DNA of 33,232 nt from Candidatus Cloacimonadota bacterium. GTDB taxonomy: Bacteria; Cloacimonadota; Cloacimonadia; Cloacimonadales; WRIO01. Positions 27,518-33,232 of this stretch are shown in pieces. Under the pieces are notes generated by a model, which saw only the letters and a program-made list of their open reading frames with translations, did no database searches and was not told the DNA's origin. Each line of letters opens with the position of its first letter. Position 1 is the stretch's first letter. The DNA lies in assembly GCA_029564175.1 (NCBI GenBank), contig JAKQQL010000321.1:1-33232 (forward strand), in the 5' to 3' direction. The translations under genes and the position numbers were made by a program.

Positions 27518-28611
27518 TCGTTTAATACTGACTCTCCAAAAGCAAAACCAAATGGCAGTTTATCCAGATTAAACCCAACAACAGTCTCGGTAAGTTCCCC
27601 TTCTTCGATACTTAGTTTCAAAAAAACACCTGGCTGAATTCCTTTATATTCAAACAATCCTGGATAAATATTTGTTTTCAATTTAAAAACATCTTTATTG
27701 ATTGAAAAATGACTACTTGCTAATAATGAATTCTGGTAATCATAAAAAAAACCAATAGCATAATCTATTGTTGAAACAAGAGGAACATATTCTCCGTTTA
27801 TATAAGCTGTTCTTATCTTGTTAACAACTCTTCCAGCCCCAACTGATATAGAATGATTTTCGTTAAGCTTTTTACTGGTGCCTGCTAAAAAGTCCATGCC
27901 CCAGTAACAAAACAGAGAATAATCATTTTTAATATGCAGCTTACCCATATACTGTTCTCCAGCATTTTCCACATTATCATTGAAAGGGTTGTACATTGGT
28001 TGCAGAGACCAGTCATTGATTACAAAGGTTTCAGAGAAAAATCTATTCACCGGATCAAGTGAAAACAGGACAAATCCCAGATTATTGTAAAAATAGACAT
28101 CAGCAATCGGGTCAGTTCTGACTCTGGGTGTACCCCCTTGTTCAAGAACCTCGTTAAATAATTGATATGATACTGAAGTGGCTAAACCAAGTGTTCTAGG
28201 ATAAGGATACCCATGATAATCATACCATTCAGAAACTTTTCTGAAACGCATACCTTCGCCAATAGTATGGATAGGGAAATTAGGCATGAAGTTTAGTTTT
28301 TCTTTGGTCAAATTAAAATTTGGAAATTCCTGAGCCAGAAAGTTTTCCCATCCTACATTTTCTATGTATTTATTGGGGTTTGCTAATCCTCTGAATAAAA
28401 GTTTTGCACCATTATGATAATGCTGACTTGTCAGCCTTTTATCATGAGCACCGTTTCTTAATATGTCAAACCCGCCGTTTAATGACATACTGATTGGATT
28501 GAAATAAGCCTCTGAACCAATCTCAATATCAGGGTGGTAGTAATAATACTTTTCAGCATAAAGACAGCCTATCGTTGTTAAGATTATTAAAAATGCATAA
28601 AATTTCTTCAC
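27514..28611 (-). CDS. Exported hypothetical protein, possibly outer-membrane
   Basis: GTG start after GGAG; signal peptide MKKFYAFLIILTTIGCLYA; helical mid-part 'PNFPIHTIGEG...EWY..HG...NEVLE...DPIAD'; aromatic beta-strand-rich C-terminal half. Confidence 0.75.
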   Translation of the reverse strand: MKKFYAFLIILTTIGCLYAEKYYYYHPDIEIGSEAYFNPISMSLNGGFDILRNGAHDKRLTSQHYHNGAKLLFRGLANPNKYIENVGWENFLAQEFPNFNLTKEKLNFMPNFPIHTIGEGMRFRKVSEWYDYHGYPYPRTLGLATSVSYQLFNEVLEQGGTPRVRTDPIADVYFYNNLGFVLFSLDPVNRFFSETFVINDWSLQPMYNPFNDNVENAGEQYMGKLHIKNDYSLFCYWGMDFLAGTSKKLNENHSISVGAGRVVNKIRTAYINGEYVPLVSTIDYAIGFFYDYQNSLLASSHFSINKDVFKLKTNIYPGLFEYKGIQPGVFLKLSIEEGELTETVVGFNLDKLPFGFAFGESVLND

Positions 28612-28683
28612 ATTAGCTCCAGTATAATTTCTGGAGTTAAATATTTAAAAATCAGTTCTCTTTGTCAACAAAAGATTTAATTA

Positions 28684-29496
28684 TTATGCAAAGAGCAATA
28701 AACTGAATGCCATTAGGATCATACCTGAAATCATTCCATAAATTGCTAAATGATGCTCTCCATACTTTTCAGCAGTGGGAAGGAGCTCATCCAGAGAAAT
28801 ATAGACCATAATGCCTGCAACAAGGGCAAAGACAATACCAAAAATAGATTCATTAAAAAAATGTAAAAGAAAGAAATAGCCAATCAAAGCACCTAAGACT
28901 TCTGAAAAACCAGAGAGAAATGACAGGGTAAAGGCTTTTTTTCTGTTACCGGTTGCATAATAGATTGGTACAGAAACCGCTATACCTTCTGGAATATTGT
29001 GGATTGCAATGGCTACTGCAATACTGATACCCAAAGCTGGATTCTGTAACCCGCCAATAAAGGTGGCTAATCCTTCAGGAAAGTTGTGTATTGCGATTGC
29101 TAAAGCTGAGAATAAACCCATTCTGAGTAGTTTTTGTCTTTTTACATCTTCTTCACTCATTCTCAGTTGGTCAATCCCTTGAACTTCATGGGGGTTTTCG
29201 TAGGAAGGAACCAGCTTGTCGATAATAGTGATAATTGCCATACCAACAAAGAATGAAATGACTGTTATCCAATATCCTAACTTAGGCCCATGTGCTAAAA
29301 CAAGAGAGTCTTTCGCTTTGGCAAAAATCTCAATCATGGACACATACATCATCACTCCAGCAGAAAAACCCAGAGAAATGGATAAAAATCTTGTATCGAA
29401 TTTTTTAGCAAAAAAGGCAATCGCACTACCAATACCAGTTGATAAACCGGCAAAGAGAGTCAGCATAAAGGCAAATAAAACATTTTCTATGGGCAT
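28684..29496 (-). CDS. zupT: ZIP-family zinc/divalent metal transporter ZupT
   Basis: '[12 protein letters not shown]', '[12 protein letters not shown]', '[10 protein letters not shown]', '[16 protein letters not shown]', '[13 protein letters not shown]'. Confidence 0.95.
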   Translation of the reverse strand: MPIENVLFAFMLTLFAGLSTGIGSAIAFFAKKFDTRFLSISLGFSAGVMMYVSMIEIFAKAKDSLVLAHGPKLGYWITVISFFVGMAIITIIDKLVPSYENPHEVQGIDQLRMSEEDVKRQKLLRMGLFSALAIAIHNFPEGLATFIGGLQNPALGISIAVAIAIHNIPEGIAVSVPIYYATGNRKKAFTLSFLSGFSEVLGALIGYFFLLHFFNESIFGIVFALVAGIMVYISLDELLPTAEKYGEHHLAIYGMISGMILMAFSLLLFA

Positions 29497-29556
29497 TTTT
29501 ATCTCCTCACTATTTATATCTTAGTATAACTTATTACAAAATCATTAAAAAGCAAA

Positions 29557-29584
29557 TAAAAAACGGGAGATTGCTCTCCCGTTT
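29557..29584 (-). terminator. Intrinsic terminator of the 673-aa secreted-protein gene
   Basis: Minus strand AAACGGGAGA-GCAA-TCTCCCGTTT (10-bp stem, GNRA loop) continuing into a T tract, ~20 nt after the stop. Confidence 0.85.
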
Positions 29585-29602
29585 ATGTAATATTCAGATT
29601 GT

Positions 29603-31624
29603 TTATTTAACAATCATTACTTTTTTCATTACGGTAGTCGTTGGACTGGTAAGCTTGTAGAAATAGATACCGCTTGCACAGTTGTTGTTTTGGTTGTCTT
29701 TAGCATTCCAGGTTAAGTTATGAGTGCCAGGAGTCAGATTACTGTAAGTTTTTACATTCTGACCTTTGATATTGTAAATACTGAGCGTAGCTGTTTCAGT
29801 GTCTCTGACTTTAACTTCAATACTCTGAGTCTGGTTTGTGTTAAAAGGATTAGGATAGGTTTTGACTAAGGTGGTTGATGTTGGCAGGGTTGGAACGATA
29901 TTTGGATTGTTGGTTGTAACAGATTTTGGCCCATACCATTCAGTATGTCCGTTTAATTCATAAGAAGTAATCCAGTAGTAATAAGTCTGATTGCTTTCAA
30001 TTTCTACATCCTGATATTCATAAGAATGTTCTGATGAAGTATTGGTAGCAGGAATCAGTGCTGATACTCTTTCAGCGTTAGTAGTTGTATTGCTTGTGTT
30101 TCTGTAGATATAGTAACCATAGACATTAGATTCAGTCTGGGTTGTCCACTGTAATGAAACAGTGTTAGACGCGGTTAATACTGCATCAAAAGCAGAGAAG
30201 GTGACAGGGAGGGTGCCTGCATTAACAAAGTCATTGATTGATCTGACAAGGATTTGGTAGCCTTCAGTATATGGACTGCTGTTATCAAATTGAGAGAAAA
30301 TCCCTTTGATATCTTTTGGCCAGACAGGCTCATTTTCAAGATAACAACCTGTATTCTTATTAATGTAAAGTGTACCATTACTTGAACCATCATTAACGAC
30401 TAAAGTTGCATTTGCGTTGGTAGTAGGCCATGTGCCTGAACTATAATTAACATTCATCACACCAATATATCTGCCTTCGTAGTATTCTGGATTAGCTAAT
30501 AATTGACTGATTGTAACAATCATGATATTAGGAAGACCGATAAAGCCATTATCAGTTGCAGAAGTTAAAACGATTTCGAATTTACCATTATATTGAGTTA
30601 TAGTGCCAATCATTGTATAAGAATGACCTTCAGTAAAATTAAAATCAGTCAGATTAGGGCTTTTAAATGCATCAAGTCCGCCAGTCGCATCCTGAATAAA
30701 AGCATCATTGTATGTGGTAGTATTGAAAGTACCATCTTTTTTTTTTTTTACAAGCAGAAGACGGCATACGATATTGTTATAAACAGGATAATTGTTTGCA
30801 TCTAATGCTCTGATTGTAGAAATTGGTGAAATCCCAGCAAAGAATTTATAATGAGCAGATTCAGTTGAATGAACCGGATCATCAGAATCGGTTGCGATTA
30901 TCCAGTATTCAACCAGATCTCCATCATTGTATGCTGAAGCTGGGATATTGCCCGTGTAAACAGTTGGTTCGCCTACAGAATTGTTGATGATTACATATTG
31001 AGTCGCTCCACTATTAATCGTATAAGCAATTTTGACCTGATTGATATTGTCTTGGCCATCAGCATCTGTAACCGTTGCAGAGATGTTTGAATCTTCATTG
31101 GCAAGCGGAGGGGTGGTGATTGAAGTTATGTTTGAAATTACAGGGGCAGAAGCAACTCCTGCAGGATTACCTTCTATCGCAATATCATCAATGCCAACAC
31201 CAATAGCATTATTAGTCCCTAATACATAGAATTTTAATTTTACTTGATTGCCATTATAGCTACTTAGATCATATGAAATCATAGATGTTAATGTTGAATT
31301 TAAAGGAGTTCTAGAACCAAGTTCTGTCCAGTTAGCTCCATTATCAGTTGAGATTGCTACAAAAAGTTCGTTTTCTACAGTATTAACTCCGCCAAAAGTT
31401 CTTGCTTTAAAATTGAGTGTTTCGCCATTGTAATTGTCAAAGTTCATTTCTGGGGTAATTGTTGATGATGTGGCTGTTAACAATTGTAGATAAGATGTTC
31501 CTGCAACATTAGTGTCTGTCCAGTTTACAAAACCTGTAACTTCTGTTCTGATAGGGGTAATTAAATCAGCAAAAATCATACAGAACATAGTTAATGATAT
31601 TATCGTTAATAATACCTTTTTCAT
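29603..31624 (-). CDS. Secreted multidomain protein (beta-sandwich, Ig-like, OB-fold-like, LPVxxxxF linker, FlgD-Ig/T9SS-type-A-like C-terminal domain)
   Basis: GGAGGA RBS, signal peptide; 'GTITQYNGKFEI' and 'IKGIFSQFD...YQILVRS' OB-like strands; 'TLPVTFSAF'; tail 'YPNPFN...IYNIKGQ...WNAKD...ASGIYFYKL...KKVMIVK'. Contains a probable adapter artifact at 30737-30771. Confidence 0.85.
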   Translation of the reverse strand: MKKVLLTIISLTMFCMIFADLITPIRTEVTGFVNWTDTNVAGTSYLQLLTATSSTITPEMNFDNYNGETLNFKARTFGGVNTVENELFVAISTDNGANWTELGSRTPLNSTLTSMISYDLSSYNGNQVKLKFYVLGTNNAIGVGIDDIAIEGNPAGVASAPVISNITSITTPPLANEDSNISATVTDADGQDNINQVKIAYTINSGATQYVIINNSVGEPTVYTGNIPASAYNDGDLVEYWIIATDSDDPVHSTESAHYKFFAGISPISTIRALDANNYPVYNNIVCRLLLVKKKKDGTFNTTTYNDAFIQDATGGLDAFKSPNLTDFNFTEGHSYTMIGTITQYNGKFEIVLTSATDNGFIGLPNIMIVTISQLLANPEYYEGRYIGVMNVNYSSGTWPTTNANATLVVNDGSSNGTLYINKNTGCYLENEPVWPKDIKGIFSQFDNSSPYTEGYQILVRSINDFVNAGTLPVTFSAFDAVLTASNTVSLQWTTQTESNVYGYYIYRNTSNTTTNAERVSALIPATNTSSEHSYEYQDVEIESNQTYYYWITSYELNGHTEWYGPKSVTTNNPNIVPTLPTSTTLVKTYPNPFNTNQTQSIEVKVRDTETATLSIYNIKGQNVKTYSNLTPGTHNLTWNAKDNQNNNCASGIYFYKLTSPTTTVMKKVMIVK
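30737..30771 (+). other. Illumina P7 adapter sequence plus homopolymer (probable assembly artifact)
   Basis: 30751-30771 CAAGCAGAAGACGGCATACGA equals the first 21 nt of the P7 oligo; preceded by T13 (30737-30749) and one A. Confidence 0.95.
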
Positions 31625-31659
31625 TTTTCCTCCATTTTCTTCTTATATATTCAAAGTTA

Positions 31660-31688
31660 AATATATCAAAAGCAGATCATTTTGGCAA
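31660..31688 (-). promoter_or_regulatory. Putative sigma70 promoter for the secreted-protein gene
   Basis: Minus strand TTGCCA, 17-nt spacer, TATATT. Confidence 0.45.
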
Positions 31689-31832
31689 GCTTTTTTTTGT
31701 AAAAATTTTGTTAAGATATTTAATAAGGGATTATAAGTGAGATATGAGCTTTTTATCTTTTATTTAAGAGTTACTCTGTCTTATAGTTTTCAATATTGAC
31801 TTAACTGATTTTGGAGAAAACACTCTTTTTTA

Positions 31833-32384
31833 CTATCCATATTTTGTTAACACCAATGAATCGATCGCCTTTTCAGTTTTTAAATCATGATTAGTAGCGT
31901 ATAATGGGATTTGAATACTTATAGATTCATCACCATTTAATTTATTCAATTGATAACAAGTCCTTACTTTTTTTATTAATTTTAATCTAATCGCTTTATA
32001 AATCGATATACTGGATAAAAGCTGACTTAGCGCATTTACACAGTTTACCATTTTTTCTGTATTTAGAGAAAATCGTTTGATTAGCGCATGAATAAGTATG
32101 AGAAAGACTGAGTAGGCAGATATGCCTCTTTTTCTGAGTGCAGGGTATTCTCTTTTATATTGCATAGCATATTTTACCAGATCACGTTTAAACGCAGGCA
32201 GAAGTGTTTCCCATACGGATTTTGTGATCGCATTTATCTGTATAATAGATAGATTTTGTTTTTGTAAGGCTCTTTTAGTTTTCTTTCTGACAATACATGT
32301 TCGACCGCCTGCATACCAGGCAAGATTCAAATCTCCTGCTTTCTTTGGATAATCATGTTTCATTTGTTTAAAAATAACTTTCAT
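31833..32384 (-). CDS. Small basic hypothetical protein (paralog 2; homologous to 2014-2592)
   Basis: GAGGA RBS; 56 of the first 110 residues identical to paralog 1 with no gaps (hand count). Confidence 0.85.
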   Translation of the reverse strand: MKVIFKQMKHDYPKKAGDLNLAWYAGGRTCIVRKKTKRALQKQNLSIIQINAITKSVWETLLPAFKRDLVKYAMQYKREYPALRKRGISAYSVFLILIHALIKRFSLNTEKMVNCVNALSQLLSSISIYKAIRLKLIKKVRTCYQLNKLNGDESISIQIPLYATNHDLKTEKAIDSLVLTKYG

Positions 32385-32614
32385 TCTGTCCTCTTGATGA
32401 TAATATACTCATTTCTTTTTAAAAAACAATATAAAAATCATATTATTCCCTTATCTATCCTGTAGAAAAGATATATTATATCTTAGACTTAAATCCTCAA
32501 TATTTCTTACATACCTCAGATCTTGGTAATTTAGTGAATATGATTGGTATAGGGATGAAAGAGGGAGGAAAGAAAGATAAAATATACTACCAAGGAAAAG
32601 AGAAAAAATGATAT

Positions 32615-32650
32615 TACCTTCTACAATCCTGCTACCCTCTACAATCATAC
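32615..32650. repeat. Imperfect 18-bp tandem duplication
   Basis: TACCTTCTACAATCCTGC followed by TACCCTCTACAATCATAC (15/18 identical). Confidence 0.55.
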
Positions 32651-32715
32651 CAGCCCTTCGGGGTTTAATGGAACTGTAACCGATATTCTGTTTATTTCAA
32701 TCTAAATAATTATTG

Positions 32716-32808
32716 TCCGTCATAATCCGCGTTATCTGCGTCCAAAGAATAAACATCTTTAGATTCTAAACATACTATCCGTCATCCTCAGCATCATCCG
32801 TGTCTAAA
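32716..32808. repeat. Two-copy degenerate direct repeat with internal 9-10 nt periodicity
   Basis: 32716-32746 TCCGTCATAATCCGCGTTATCTGCGTCCAAA versus 32778-32808 TCCGTCATCCTCAGCATCATCCGTGTCTAAA (23/31 identical). Confidence 0.6.
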
Positions 32809-33000
32809 AAATGAAAAAACAAAACCCCTGTTTTTACCACTTTTTAGGAATTTTGTGTCAATCGGTCTTAACCGAAAACTCACAAAAACCTGATTAAAAG
32901 CAAAAAAATGAAAAAATATTTTGCTTTAATAGATATCCGAAAAATAGACAGATAGGATATGCAAATGTCATCCAAAAAAGATAGAGCTAAAAAAAAGTTC

Positions 33001-33068
33001 TTGACTAAAAAAGGGTAGGTTTGCGAAATTGATTAAACCTGATTGAAATTAATCAGTGATCTTAAAAG
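33001..33068 (+). promoter_or_regulatory. rRNA operon promoter and antitermination-like leader (boxB/boxA-like)
   Basis: A-tract UP-like region, TTGACT at 33001, hairpin CTGATT-GAAATT-AATCAG (33039-33056), then boxA-like TGATCTTAAAA. Confidence 0.5.
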
Positions 33069-33118
33069 AGACATAGAGTGGAGCAAAAAACAAGCAGTCG
33101 AAGATAAATTTTTACGTG

Positions 33119-33232
33119 ATTACGGAGAGTTTGATCCTGGCTCAGGACGAACGCTGGCGGAATGGATTAGGCATGCAAGTCGAACGATATTTATCCTTTC
33201 GGGGATAGAGACAGTGGCGAACGGGTGAGTAA
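33119..33232 (+). rRNA. rrs: 16S rRNA gene, 5' end (truncated by the window edge)
   Basis: AGAGTTTGATCCTGGCTCAG (27F site) at 33126, GAACGCTGGCGG, CATGCAAGTCGAACG, V1 hairpin TATCCT-TTCG-GGGATA, GGCGAACGGGTGAGTAA. The 5' boundary is estimated from E. coli numbering. Confidence 0.98.

Noticed and set aside
29524..29548. Zur/Fur-like box upstream of zupT (TAATGATTTTGTAATAAGTTATAC, minus)
   Set aside because: Poor dyad symmetry; not distinguishable from AT-rich background by eye.
30737..30749. T13 run as a contingency locus in a surface protein
   Set aside because: It abuts the Illumina P7 sequence and is better explained as adapter read-through.
28997..32352. Short ORFs at 28997, 29216, 30175, 30593, 31041, 31512 and 32122
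   Set aside because: Overlap zupT, the secreted-protein gene or paralog 2 in antisense or alternate frames.
2014..32384. Composite transposon or invertible segment bounded by the two paralogs
   Set aside because: Only ~51% protein identity, no long terminal inverted repeats, no DDE/HUH/recombinase motifs seen, and the enclosed genes include housekeeping lol genes.
32451..32648. 65-aa minus-strand ORF
   Set aside because: Low-complexity translation driven by the 18-bp repeat (IVEGSRIVEG) and purine tract; no clear RBS.
32716..32808. Mini-CRISPR array
   Set aside because: Only two degenerate units, non-palindromic with internal periodicity, and no cas genes in the window.
33043..33228. 61-aa plus-strand ORF
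   Set aside because: Overlaps the rRNA leader and 16S gene.

Overview
AT-rich bacterial chromosomal window. A Candidatus Cloacimonadota (FCB group) origin is inferred from the FlgD-Ig/T9SS-like C-terminal tail of the 673-aa secreted protein, not from a search. Left to right: a truncated membrane sensor translationally coupled to a LivJ-type solute-binding lipoprotein (minus); a small basic protein of unknown function; a lolC/E-lolD-tamB(AsmA)-like envelope cluster; a stand-alone Cys-rich PAS protein; a 14-gene, ~17.8 kb surface-glycan locus (2 GT9, 1 GT2, 5 GT4-type, 2 Wzz/GumC-like, WaaL/Wzy-like, Wzx, a GH-like lipoprotein, and an asparagine-synthetase-like ligase lacking the N-terminal Cys); an exported hypothetical protein; zupT; a secreted OB-fold/Ig protein; a second, inverted paralog of the small basic protein; and the promoter, leader and 5' end of a 16S rRNA gene. 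Most notable: (1) an Illumina P7 adapter 21-mer plus homopolymer embedded in frame in a CDS at 30737-30771, probably an assembly artifact; (2) two inverted ~51%-identical unknown paralogs with a shared upstream motif bracketing the region; (3) a three-copy GTAC-footed REP-like intergenic palindrome family; (4) atypical glycan-locus members. No CRISPR array, transposase, integrase or tRNA was seen.
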